Of a stretch of DNA of 64,000 nt, positions 38,692-51,359 are shown in pieces. The position numbers and the translations under genes were made by a program. How positions within the stretch are numbered: position 1 is the stretch's first letter; every line of letters begins with the position of its first letter. Below the pieces are notes generated by a model, which saw only the letters and a list, made by a program, of their open reading frames with translations, was not told where the DNA came from and did no database searches. The DNA is from Octopus bimaculoides (Eukaryota): contig NC_068995.1 of the NCBI RefSeq assembly GCF_001194135.2, forward strand, positions 57,378,241 to 57,442,240. Reading direction: 5' to 3'.

Positions 38692-39138
38692 TGTCTATTC
38701 CATTGTTCAACGAGGAGGCTATGATTTACTCTGACTCAGCAACAGGCTGTTCACTGCACACACTTTTTAACTTAAGCCTTTCATCATTGACCAGCTGTGG
38801 TCGGTAGCTGTACAATCGTAATCTACAAGATTCTCACATAAATAATCATCTCACGAGAGCAACAAGCCGGAGAGAAGACTCTCACTATTTATTTAATTTA
38901 TTTACTTATTTGTTTATTTGCATGTGTTTTTATTGTGTTCTGTTTTACTTCTACACCATCTGTTCTTGTTTACAAGACTTTCAGTGCTACTCCCAAATCA
39001 TTTGGCTGTTGCTAGTTTTCTTAGCAAGCTTAGAGATTGTTGCTAATATTCTTATATATACACACACACACACACACATACATAATATATGTGTGTGTGT
39101 ACGTGTGTGTACATAAGAAATATATGCATATATATTTT

Positions 39139-39186
<48 letters not shown>

Positions 39187-39890
39187 CATTCACACACATG
39201 CACTGCCTAATCCCCAATAACAATGTCAGTGCATTTAGTCATTGTTAATGATCTCAACGTGGGTGTGGTGTAGAGGGACTAATATTGGGGTCTGAATATT
39301 TCTCCCTTGACTCTCATCTCTTTGTTAGCAAATTTATTACCCAATAATTGGTCATTGTTGTTGTTTTTATGTATTTGATGTATCAGTGTTCAATTTCATC
39401 ATCGCCAGCTTTGGACATCTTGTTTCTATGTTACATTAACCTCTCTTATGAGTCACAACTCCATTTGCTGGCACTGTCTCAAATGGTGTCACAATTTTGG
39501 TGTAATTTCTTCAAAATGAACTCAATTTCGGACTGAAAGCAAACAAGAAAGAAACTGTTGTTCATTTAATGATAAATAAAAGATGCTGAGTGACCTGCTA
39601 TATTTGTCATTTCCCCCACCCCCTGAAAGCTGACTCGTTGAACATGTAACAATCAGCAGAAACTCATCACATGTCCAATTATTACTTTATCCATATGGAT
39701 TGTTGTTTCCAATGTCAGTTCCACCACAATTAATAAAACTGATCATCCTCGCCAGATATGAAGGGATAGAGCAAAAAAAAAAAATTTAATAAGGGAGGAA
39801 AGAGATTTCATAACTATTACAATTTGATTGATTAACAATAAATTGTATTTTTGATCATTAACTTTAAAAAAAATTTCCTTTTTTATTCAG

Positions 39891-39905
39891 GATAGTAAAT
39901 TACAG
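39891..39905 (+). CDS. Candidate 15-nt frame-preserving microexon
   Basis: atttccttttttattcag|GATAGTAAATTACAG|gtaaga; DSKLQ (phase 0); four ACTAA motifs at 39991-40080. Confidence 0.35.
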
Positions 39906-40156
39906 GTAAGACAACATTTAGTAACCAAACCATTTGCATTAATAGAAGTTAACTGTTAGTTGTTTTTCTTTTACTACTTACTGTTTTACTACTAAACTTT
40001 AACTAATCTTGTCTTAACTCAGTAAAATGTGAAAAGCTTTGCAGTTGTTGTACTAATAACTAGAATTAACTTTTAACTAAAGTCATCTGCAAAAATAAAA
40101 AAAAATAAAAACATGCATTCTAACCGTATCTGTGTGATGTAGTTTTCTGTTCATAG

Positions 40157-40308
40157 TTTATAAGATTGATGGAATCTTTTGTGATATCTCGAAGACTGAA
40201 AGCAGTCGATGTCTTATGCTGAAATCCTATCCTTTTCATATTGGAGTTTACTCCTCTCCACTCATGGCCATCTGTAGAAGTGTTGAGAACCTCAGAGGTG
40301 TTTCTGTT
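40157..40308 (+). CDS. Candidate 152-nt exon, unknown product
   Basis: gttttctgttcatag acceptor and GTT|GTAAGC donor; 50 open non-repetitive codons YKIDGIFCDISKTESSRCLMLKSYPFHIGVYSSPLMAICRSVENLRGVSV. Confidence 0.25.
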
Positions 40309-40324
40309 GTAAGCCATCATGTCT

Positions 40325-40425
40325 CCTCATTTTAGGGTGGAATTTGAGTGAGATTTGTTGCTATTTCTACCAGGTCAATTAACTGTGTAGAGGCTCTCTC
40401 ATTGGCCCAGAAGGGTTCCTCGTTG
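40325..40425 (-). mobile_element. Family D element fragment
   Basis: AGGGTGGAATTTGAGTGAGATTTGTTGCTATTTCTACCAGGTCAA..GTAGAGGCTCTCTCATTGGC. Confidence 0.6.
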
Positions 40426-40582
40426 GCCTGTATCCCTTCTAGATGCATTGTATTGCTTCAGAAGATATTCTAGCTGACATCGCTTCAGTTCACTGAGAAA
40501 ATGAGAAAGGAGCCAGAATTCATCTCATCTTTTATTATATGTTCAGTGATGTGACGTAGCTTCATTTGTGCAAATATCTAAT

Positions 40583-40622
40583 GTTACAAACCCATCCAAC
40601 CCATGTTAGCTTGGAACATCAA
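40583..40622 (+). mobile_element. RTE-type extreme 3' end
   Basis: AAACCCATCCAACCCATGTTAGCTTGGAA matches 1183-1210. Confidence 0.45.
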
Positions 40623-40638
40623 TATATATATCAATGGA

Positions 40639-40683
<45 letters not shown>

Positions 40684-41968
40684 TAAAATATGTGAAACAA
40701 AAATAAATAAATAACCTCCACCCTNNNNNNNNNNNNNNNNNNNNNNNNNNNNNNNNNNNNNNNNNNNNNNNNNNNNNNNNNNNNNNNNNNNNNNNNNNNN
40801 NNNNNNNNNNNNNNNNNNNNNNNNNNNNNNNNNNNNNNNNNNNNNNNNNNNNNNNNNNNNNNNNNNNNNNNNNNNNNNNNNNNNNNNNNNNNNNNNNNNN
40901 NNNNNNNNNNNNNNNNNNNNNNNNNNNNNNNNNNNNNNNNNNNNNNNNNNNNNNNNNNNNNNNNNNNNNNNNNNNNNNNNNNNNNNNNNNNNNNNNNNNN
41001 NNNNNNNNNNNNNNNNNNNNNNNNNNNNNNNNNNNNNNNNNNNNNNNNNNNNNNNNNNNNNNNNNNNNNNNNNNNNNNNNNNNNNNNNNNNNNNNNNNNN
41101 NNNNNNNNNNNNNNNNNNNNNNNNNNNNNNNNNNNNNNNNNNNNNNNNNNNNNNNNNNNNNNNNNNNNNNNNNNNNNNNNNNNNNNNNNNNNNNNNNNNN
41201 NNNNNNNNNNNNNNNNNNNNNNNNNNNNNNNNNNNNNNNNNNNNNNNNNNNNNNNNNNNNNNNNNNNNNNNNNNNNNNNNNNNNNNNNNNNNNNNNNNNN
41301 NNNNNNNNNNNNNNNNNNNNNTTTCTTTTTCCCTACATTCTTCATTTTCTCTCCTAATTTCAATTCTCTAAGCAACATCCACATCCTCTCTTTTCTTCTC
41401 TCTTGCATTTCTTTTCTTCTTTCTTATTTCATTCTTTTTCTTCTTAATCAACTTCTTCCTTATTACATTTTCTTCTCTTTCTCTCTTCACTTTTCTTTCT
41501 TTCTCTTTTCTTTTCTATGCCTCTTTCTTTTGTTCTTTCTCTATTTCTTCCTTCCTTTCTATTCATTGATCTCTCTTTCTCTCTCTCTTTCTTTTGATCT
41601 TTCTATTATACAGTGGCATACATTCATTCATTTATTCATACAGTCATTCATTCACATTCTCTTCATTCTTTTCATACAGGCATTTATGCTGTCTCACTCT
41701 TTCCTTCCTTTCTTCTCTCTCTCTCTCTCCTCTTTGGCCGTTTCTATGCCTTTCCAATATGCAGTGAAACACATTGCATATATTATCAGTGTGTCTATGT
41801 GCATATACATACATACGTACATGTGTGTGTGTGCGTGTGTGTGTGTGTTTGAAATGCTTATAAGTTCTCACACACAAAAATGTATTTATGCATACAAAGG
41901 TGTTCCACAAGTAAAGCTACGTTTTTAAAATCTTCTATATTCAAAGATCTGACAGACCTTCTGGGACA

Positions 41969-42030
<62 letters not shown>

Positions 42031-42190
42031 TACGTGCACATGCATAAATATATGCATGTGTGTTCACAAATGTATTTTCATTTTCCAGAACAGAATTTTG
42101 TTTATACTTAAATATTTCACCTTTAATAAATTTAAAACATCATCATCATCATCAACAACAATAGTAATAATTATAACAATGATGGTGCTG

Positions 42191-42370
42191 TCTACTATAG
42201 GCACAAGGCAAGGCCTTAGTTGATTACATCGACCCCTGAATTCAAATAGTTCTCATTTCATTGACTCGAAAGGATGAAAGGCAAAGTTGACCTCAGCAGA
42301 ATTTGAACCCAGCAAAATGTGAAGATGGATGAAATGCTGAGCAGCAGTTTGTTCAGTGTGCCAGCTTGTG
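42191..42370 (-). mobile_element. Family B SINE
   Basis: CTACTATAGGCACAAGG..TCGAAAGGATGAAAGGCAAAGTTGACCTCAGCAGAATTTGAACCCAG. Confidence 0.75.
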
Positions 42371-42550
42371 TTGGCATGGCAAACAAACATTAAATGATGA
42401 TGATGGTAGTGGTGATGATTTTTCTGCTGACAGTGTTCAGTTCAGAGTGTTCTCACATGCAAAACAGGGCTCACCAAACAGAAAAATGTCATTATGATGG
42501 AAAGCATGTTCGAGGCTTCACTATCACACCTGTCTAATCAAGAGACTTAC

Positions 42551-42669
42551 CTTTAAATCGTCAATGAGGTTCACCATTATGACTTGTACAGTGATGCAAG
42601 AATAGGAGGGCAGTTCAGGGCTGACTAAATGGGACGTCCTTGTCAAAGTCTTAGTTTCAGAATTAGTTT
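42551..42669 (-). CDS. Candidate 119-nt exon, unknown product
   Basis: cttcaatgcag acceptor and consensus AAG|GTAAGT donor; only one frame open, ETNSETKTLTRTSHLVSPELPSYSCITVQVIMVNLIDDLK. Confidence 0.25.
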
Positions 42670-42750
42670 CTGCATTGAAGTTTATTGTCTTATGTCATTC
42701 CACATTGTCAGTTCTCATTGAGTAAAGCAAATACATCAAGAATCACAAAA

Positions 42751-42786
<36 letters not shown>

Positions 42787-42943
42787 CTGAGGCAGGCAGA
42801 CAGAAGCAAGCTGTTCAGAGGTGGATGCGAACGTGTGTATGCGTGTTTGTGAGTGTTATAAAGAAAAAAACAGGTTTTTGTTAATGAAACACTGAATTTT
42901 CTTCAGGATGTTTTAGTTATAAACATTTATAGGTTTTAATATG

Positions 42944-42953
42944 ATTATCATTA

Positions 42954-42984
<31 letters not shown>

Positions 42985-42989
42985 TATTA

Positions 42990-43026
<37 letters not shown>
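42944..43026. repeat. (ATT/ATC)n microsatellite
   Basis: About 80 bp near-perfect trinucleotide run. Confidence 0.9.
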
Positions 43027-43029
<3 letters not shown>

Positions 43030-43377
43030 AGTTTGAAGTTTATTTTTATAAACTGCTCCGTTATCCTCATTATCATTTCCTTTATCATTATTATAATTGT
43101 TGTTGTTGTTTACATATTTTGAGGATGCACACTTTTTGGTTGCCGTAGAAGAATATGTATGATACGTGTCTATATGTATGTATGTATGTATGCATGTATG
43201 TGCCTGTGTGTGTATACGTATCGCTTTCAGCCTCTTGCAGGCGTAGTGTCATCAGATACCAACTAACACTCACCATTTTAGATTTTGCTTCTGCATAATA
43301 ATTATTCGGAGCTATTTAGGTCAAATTGCCAGCCAATTGAGCTGTTCTTGTCTTTGCTCTTTCTTTCTTTTTCTTTC

Positions 43378-43408
<31 letters not shown>

Positions 43409-43856
43409 TGTTGTAATTTTTCATCATTTTCATCAGCATCATTATTATCTTCATAAGTCGTTTTATTATCGTTTTTTGTTTATTGTCTAATTTGTATTGA
43501 GAATTTCAACTAAATGAGTCTGCCTAAACTTCTTAAAGTAGTGTACTAGTAATTAACTGAAGTCAATTCAACTCCCCAGACTCTTTCTTTCTCTCTTTCT
43601 TTCTTTCTTTCTTTCTCCCCCCCCCTCTCTCTCTGCCACCCACTCTCACTTTATCTCTATCCTATCTTTCTTTCTCTTTCCATTCTCTGATTAGCATTTT
43701 AATTTCCTGTCTGCCTTTTTTTTTCTTTTCTCTCCCCCCCCACTTCTCTCTTTCTCTCTTTGGTGGGCGGTGTCACACGCTATGGAATAAGCAACCTGTT
43801 TAGTTATTCATTTTGTGAATGAGTTCCTCGGTGCTATGCAGAATCTNNNNNNNNNN

Positions 43857-43887
<31 letters not shown>

Positions 43888-44483
43888 ACACACACACACA
43901 CACACACACAGAGAAAGAAAGTGGCTGGTAGATAATGATATTTTTCTGTTCCAATTTTCTTCATTACCCCCCAGTAGCTGTTTCTATTGTCACGGGTGGT
44001 TGAGCAGAGAATTCCCACTGAATGTCTCTTCAAAATTAGAGAAGCATGTCGTTCATTACATTACAAATGACACTTTACTGAAATATATATGTCAGAAGGT
44101 AGGAACTTGCATTTAGAAATGGTAATACTTACACAGACTCTAATAAACCCAACAACAACAATATACAATATTTAGCCAACTAAAAATTTTGATATAAAAA
44201 TGAAGGAAAAGAAGAAAAAAAATGTTTATAACAAAGAAAAAAAAAACAAGTCTTTCTTTCTCAAACATTCCATTCCATTCTCTCTTCTCTTGTTGCAAAT
44301 ATTTAATTTTTTATATTTTTATTTTATTTTGATCTTTTTATCACTGGAAAAGTTTCTTAAATAGCAATTTATTCTCTTTTTTCACCATTAAAACTAGTTC
44401 TAAATTACTTCACTGTCTCAGTGACTTCTTCACCATCATCACCTCTATAGTTCTCTCTCTCTCTCCCTCTCTCTTTCTCTCTC

Positions 44484-44516
<33 letters not shown>

Positions 44517-45889
44517 CCCTCTCTTTCTTCGATGATGCCTTATTACCCACTGTCCAAGATGCTTCCATTTCTTCACAGCACATTTGTTCCTTCCTGTAAC
44601 CTCTGATATTGCTGATCAGCTTAAACTCATCGATGCGTTTAAGTATTCATTGGACAGGAGATTGGATTTCATTCATTACAACTGTTCCCCCCCCCCCATT
44701 TTCTTACCTTGTTGCTATTAAATTTTACTGCACAACATATATCAGGAAAGGGGGGGGGTCAGTGTATGCATGTGTGTGTGTATATATGTGCATGGTGGTG
44801 AGTATATTTTTATTCAACTACAAACAGCAATTAACATTATTAATTCTGTCATATATAAGTGCGTGGGTGTATGTGCATATATGTTATATACACTGTGTGT
44901 ATGTATATATAAATATATTTATGTGTGTGTTATATACTCTATCTGTACAAATACATATATATGTATGCTTATTACAATATATATATATATATACATGTAC
45001 ATTTATATATGTGTGTGTGTATACATGTATGCTCTGTTTACATGTGTATGCTTACACACATCTAGTACGATATGTTGATGTACCATGATGTCACTACATG
45101 TCCCCATGTTCATCTTCTCGTAATTATTCAATCTAACATTTCCCACCATCTTTACATGTATTTTTTTTCTTTCGTATGTTTGTTTTTTTTAAGACGTACG
45201 TCTAATTTACCATTCCATTGCATTTGCTGTGAGTAGACATGTATGCAGTGCATGTCCAATCAATTCCAGCATGAAACTATATACATCTCAGCTTCCAAGA
45301 TATATTTAGCCATATCAGTATTTTCATATCTGCTTTACTACTACTACTACTAATAATAATAATAATAATAATAATATCATCACCACTACTACTACTTGGG
45401 TATTTTACTCCTTTGTTTTCTTTGTCTCTTTTTTTTTTAAATCATTTTCTTAAATTATTTCAATTAATTTTTTTTTATTTCATTCAATTTTTTCCCCTTT
45501 TTTTCTTTAAAGAAAATAAAAACTATAATAAATTAATAAATCAGTACAAAAAAACTAAGATTCCTTTGCACAGAATCTGAGAAGGAATAGTGCTATTGAC
45601 AAATGTCCTTTAATGGTAGAAAAACTGAAACAATTACCAAACATTATTGCATTTTAGCATTTTTGCTCCAGTTACTAAATACTTACATATTAATAGCAGA
45701 TACGGTCACCTTCACCACCTCCATCATCACCACCGTCCCCCTGATATATGGGATTTAAAAACACAACAGATGTAACTGCAATACAATTTCAACATTATGG
45801 TTTATTATAAACTTGGATCTGGTTTGGGCATAAAAGGTGATGGAGGTAATGGTGGAATTACCAATTCTTTCTGTTTCTCTCTGATTTAG

Positions 45890-45930
45890 ATTCCCATGTT
45901 TTGGTCTCTGATTTCATAATCTATTGCATG
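45890..45930 (+). CDS. Candidate 41-nt exon
   Basis: ttctttctgtttctctctgatttag acceptor and ATG|GTAAAT donor; phase 1-0 frame DSHVLVSDFIIYCM. Confidence 0.15.
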
Positions 45931-46157
45931 GTAAATGGCGGTAGTCATGGAAAAGTTTTTAAATTGTCAAAGAATTGCGTGTGTGTTGTTTTAGCAGCAT
46001 TATAGGCTTTTGGGCAAATCAGTGCACTGGGCCCTTATAGTTTTATTTATTGACAGCAAACCACAGCATACATAGACCAGGATTGAAACCCTAGACCCAT
46101 GATGCCACTAGCCCCTAGGCAAATGCTGAATTATGCTCGGGAGCCCTAAGACAACAT

Positions 46158-46196
<39 letters not shown>

Positions 46197-46577
46197 ATAC
46201 ATATGTATATTTTCATTCATATGTGTTCATATATATGTGTGTGTGTGTGTGTGCACTAATGTGTATTTTTGTGTGTGTGTGTGTGTCTACTCATCATATT
46301 TTTAAATTTTGATTTGTCACACGAATAATGAAGAGTGACCAAGTGAAATTTTTTCCATTGGTTCAAGTGCCATGCCACCAATCTTGTGCCACATGAGATT
46401 CATGTCACAAGAAAGAAATTTACCCCATGTGTGTCTGTTATTTCTGTAGCACCAATCTTCAATAAAGCTTTATCAATATCATAATCTTGTTTCTGTTTTT
46501 TTCCTCTTTTGTGTGTGTTTTATTTGTTTCTATCTCAAATATAATCCTGTTGAAAACAACCAGCTACAAGAGCTTTC

Positions 46578-46612
<35 letters not shown>

Positions 46613-46613
46613 G

Positions 46614-46803
46614 AGGTAGCAGTGACCTCACATCATTGTTAATACACAATGTCATTTCGTCCAACTTTATGTTCTGAGTTCAAACTCTGCCAAGGTCAAC
46701 TTTGTCTTTCATTCTTTTGAGATTGATAAAGTACCAGTTGAGCTAACCCCACTACCACCACCAAAAACAAATATCAGGCCTTGTGCCTAGACTAGAAACG
46801 ATT
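46614..46803 (+). mobile_element. Family B SINE
   Basis: GTTCTGAGTTCAAACTCTGCCAAGGTCAACTTTGTCTTTCATTCTTTTGAGATTGATAAAGTACCAG..GGCCTTGTGCCTAGACTAGAAA. Confidence 0.7.
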
Positions 46804-46819
46804 ATTATTATTATTAATG

Positions 46820-47008
46820 TGTGGTGCTGGTGGATCAGACAAAATGTTTGGTAGCATTTCTTCCAAGATCTTCAAGTTCAAATTCTGTCACAGTTGACTT
46901 TGCCTTTCAGACTTTCAGGGTCAATAAAACTGGTACCTCTGGGGTTAATGTAATTGACTCACCCACACCCCCACAACTGTTGGCCTTCTGCCAAAATTAG
47001 AAAGAATT
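46820..47008 (+). mobile_element. Family B SINE, tandem to previous copy
   Basis: AGTTCAAATTCTG..GTTGACTTTGCCTTTCAGACTTTCAGGGTCAATAAAACTGGTACC..GGCCTTCTGCCAAAATTAGAAAG. Confidence 0.7.
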
Positions 47009-48726
47009 ATTATCATTAGATTTTAAATCTTTATCTTTTATTATTTGCATCAGAGGTTCTGCTGCTTTCATTGCACCTAGTTGTCTTCCAGGTGTTTCCT
47101 GTGTAAACCTATGCCCTTGACATACAAGCATGTCTCGTTTCTTTATTTCTCTGGAGACTAAAAACCAAAAAAAAGTGATGAACAGCCTTAAATGATTTGG
47201 GACCCTTATTGGGATCTCTTCAGGGCTTTCTATATTACTTGAGCAATTTCAGACAAACAAGTCGCCAGTCTGTTTATGTCCATCAAACTTAGTAGATTCC
47301 AAGAAATGGAGTTATTAATTTAGAAGTCTGTAACATTTTATTTCATGTCAGATATCTGTCCATTTAGTATCAAAGTATGATATACATATGTGACTTACAG
47401 CCAGTTTAACAACAAACTAGTCCAACTCTGAATATGGTGCTTTGGATAAAAAAAAAAGAAGTTCCAGTAATACACTGTTTTCTAATCAATCTCCAGATGC
47501 TTTTCTCCTGCTGAAAAACTGGTCTTTTGCGCTTTACTGCAAAGGAATTGTATTTTTGTGAAAATTAACGTAAGCAATTCTTTTTTGCTGAATACAAACC
47601 AACATCATGGTTGGGAATTGTTTTGACTTTCTCTCTATTTGGTTAATTATGTTTTGTTTTTTTTTGTGTTTTAGTGACCATATGAAGTGGTGGTGGTGGT
47701 GGTTGTCGTGGTGACATATGAAGAACTATAATTACCATTGGCGCTAATTACTTGTTCTCCCCACCTGCCCATCCCACACGCCAACCCACCGCCATTTGCA
47801 TTATGTGGTGTCACCTTGTTAGCAAATCAAATCTCAACTTACTGAACAATTTCTTAATACATCATTACTATTAATAATAACCCTACAGCTTCAATTATCC
47901 GTTTTTCTTGGGGAGGGGGTCATTCTCCCTTCACCCCTCTCTCCTTCTTTTACTATCTAAAAGAGTTGTTTTGCAGCTAATTGTGTCTTTCACTTGTATG
48001 CATTATTAACATCATCATAAATGGTCAATATATTGGCATTTTGGAATTCAGCACCCCCACTTCCTCCCCGAAAAAAGAAAAAAACAACAAATAATAAATT
48101 CAAGCTACCATTTTGGATTTTTTTTTTTTTTTTAGAAGTGACTATTTATACCATCTAACATTAAAAAAAAAAAAAAAAAATACTATGGCCAAGAGATTCT
48201 CAGTTGTTGATATGGGAAGGAGGTTCATATACCTTTAGACCAATCAACCATCTGACACTTTAAGGAAAGTTATTTTGGTGTCAGTCTTGATAGTATTTGT
48301 CAATTCCCATATCTGTTATGGTATCTTAGCAGCAATTCAGCCATACTACTTATTAGCTGGCAAGTGATGCTTGCAGAAACATCAATTGATTTTGCTGATA
48401 ACAGCAGTGTGGATGGGGGATGTTATTTTAACAGGGTGGGTGAATTACAAAAATGTTGGAAGGGAGAGGAAAAGCTTTGGTGCTTAGGAAAAAGAATAAA
48501 AAAATAAAGCAACAAACTCTTGTCTGAATATTTTAACATAGGCAGAAAGACATCAGTTTTAACAACATTCGAAAGAGAAGAGCATTTCACCTGACATAGC
48601 TTCAATTAGTAAAAAGGTAGATTTTTTTCCAACTTCCAAGAGCCTACCTTCTAATTTTATGGTGCTTGCTACCATAATTTGCATATTGCTCTTCTTTTTT
48701 GTCGCAGACAGATTACCATTTCTATT

Positions 48727-49093
48727 GTTTTACTGGTTCCAGTCACTGGAACTGCAGACACATTGTGACCATCACTTCTGAAGGTTTCAGCATCTTGATG
48801 CCAGTGCACAATACACTGTAGTACTTATTTTCTCAGTCTCTATTCATTGGATCGCTAAGTTACAGTGCCACAACGTAAATAGGACCAATTTTTAAACCAA
48901 TGTAAACACATGTGAGCGCACATACACACACATACATACAGTAGGCTTCTGCACAGTTTCTGTCTATCAAATTCTAGTGACAAGTAATTGGTCATTTGGA
49001 GTCTGTAGTGGAAGACACTTGCCTAAGATACTGAAAAAGAAATTGAACTCTGAACTTCATGTTTGCAAAGCAAACTTCTAAACCACTGCCATA
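48727..49093 (-). mobile_element. Family A SINE, old and diverged
   Basis: TCGCTAAGTTACAG..AGGCTTCTGCACAGTTTCTGTCTATCAAAT..GGAAGACACTTGCCTAAG..GCAAACTTCTAAACCACTGCCAT. Confidence 0.65.
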
Positions 49094-49527
49094 ACTAGCC
49101 TAGAGTCAATTCTTCTCACATTACTATTGTAGTTGCTATTATTGTTATTGTTATTATTATTATTATTATTATTGTCCATTTGAAATGAGCAGACCCTTGT
49201 TTTAATCATATTCTTCAGATGGACTTTTTGTAGAATTTTACATTTTGCTTCATTATGTTTAATTGGTATTGAATAATTCAACACATTTTTTTTTTATAAA
49301 TGATTCAAAAAGCTATGAATGAAACAAATGATATAATTGTCTTTTCCTTCTTTCTTTCTTTATCTCTCTCTCTTTCTTTCTTTCTTCAATTCATTCACAG
49401 AAAGATACTAAAAGACATGTACTGTTTTATATTTATTGGTTCATCAGTGAATTGGTAATTGGCAGAAACAGCTGAGCACTAAGCTAAATGCTTTGGCAGC
49501 ATTTGGTTTAATCTTTTTTCTGTTTTC

Positions 49528-49566
<39 letters not shown>

Positions 49567-51229
49567 NNNNNNNNNNNNNNNNNNNNNNNNNNNNNNNNNN
49601 NNNNNNNNNNNNNNNNNNNNNNNNNNNNNNNNNNNNNNNNNNNNNNNNNNNNNNNNNNNNNNNNNNNNNNNNNNNNNNNNNNNNNNNNNNNNNNNNNNNN
49701 NNNNNNNNNNNNNNNNNNNNNNNNNNNNNNNNNNNNNNNNNNNNNNNNNNNNNNNNNNNNNNNNNNNNNNNNNNNNNNNNNNNNNNNNNNNNNNNNNNNN
49801 NNNNNNNNNNNNNNNNNNNNNNNNNNNNNNNNNNNNNNNNNNNNNNNNNNNNNNNNNNNNNNNNNNNNNNNNNNNNNNNNNNNNNNNNNNNNNNNNNNNN
49901 NNNNNNNNNNNNNNNNNNNNNNNNNNNNNNNNNNNNNNNNNNNNNNNNNNNNNNNNNNNNNNNNNNNNNNNNNNNNNNNNNNNNNNNNNNNNNNNNNNNN
50001 NNNNNNNNNNNNNNNNNNNNNNNNNNNNNNNNNNNNNNNNNNNNNNNNNNNNNNNNNNNNNNNNNNNNNNNNNNNNNNNNNNNNNNNNNNNNNNNNNNNN
50101 NNNNNNNNNNNNNNNNTAATAATGGTTTGTGGATTGTGATGTCATTGATGGAGTTTGACCTGTCCTTGAGAATCACCGTCACTAAACATGACATGAATTA
50201 ATTGAAGTTAGAAGCTTGATAACAACACATTGACTACCATTATCATGTGATTACGTAAAATGGTCAAAGGTGGTGCTAATCCAAAACAGATTCTCATGGC
50301 TTTTATTTTTCCATACAAACCATTAGAGCCACTGTTACAACACTTGAAATTTTGCACCAGTTTTCACCTCTTATTCTTCATCAGCAATTTAATTTTGTGC
50401 TGTGAAGGGTAAATTTTGTTGGTTAGTTTTGTTGCTGTTGTTTCTTCTTCATTTTGAACCCATCTACCTTGATATTTCATGTTGTGGGGTGAAAAAATAT
50501 AAAAAGATAAGAAACAAAAGTTCTTCCATTAGAAAATTACTTCTTTTCTTAATCCATTTTATGTAAATGAAAGAATTAAAAAAAAAAAAAACATTTCATT
50601 TATTCCATTTTTGTTTTTGTTTTTCTCAATAAACAATAAATTAGTTTTACATTGTCTGAAAATAAAAATTTAAAAAATTACACAATTATTTCCTGGTACT
50701 TTTAACATATACTTGTGTGTGTGTGTGTGTGTGCGTGTGCATGTGTATAATATGCATGTGTGTTTGTGATAGAGAATGAATACAAGAAATGAAATTGTTT
50801 GCTAAACAATTTCCAGCCGTGAGAGACAATCAGGTTTTAGTGAATAATGTTACTGAAAAATGGTGTTGAAAAAGAAATGAACCTATCAAATAATACNNNN
50901 NNNNNNNNNNNNNNNNNNNNNNNNNNNNNNNNNNNNNNNNNNNNNNNNNNNNNNNNNNNNNNNNNNNNNNNNNNNNNNNNNNNNCCCCACTCGCTTCAGC
51001 AATTCATAAGTTCTTCATTTACATCTACAAGTTAAAGGAATCTGTATGCTATTAATGGACTTTTTGAAGATCTTAGGACTAACCTCTCTTTCTCTTCATT
51101 TACCAAGATTTTTCTTGTACAGCATGTTCATTCTTCACTTAGACATTACCTGACATTTGCCACTCTGGTGTCTCTTTGACAGTAGTTTTCATTTAGACAT
51201 TTCAAAATAATTGTAACAACACAATTCCT

Positions 51230-51324
51230 TATGTGGTACACTGGGCAAGTATCTTCTGTTGTAGCCTTTGGGTTGATCAATGCTTTGTGGCTGGAAGTTG
51301 GTGGACAGAAACCATACAAAAGTC

Positions 51325-51358
<34 letters not shown>
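51230..51358 (+). mobile_element. Family A SINE central fragment ending in (TG)n
   Basis: CACTGGGCAAGTATCTTCTGTTGTAGCC..GGACAGAAACC..(TG)n. Confidence 0.6.

Positions 51359-51359
<1 letters not shown>

Noticed and set aside
42551-42669. Resemblance of SHLVSPELPSYSC to a MAM-domain motif
   Set aside because: It lacks the conserved aromatic residues (F-W-Y) and is too short to call.
45687-45740. 54-nt minus exon with a GTAAGT donor
   Set aside because: Mostly low-complexity GGT/GAT sequence with a weak acceptor.
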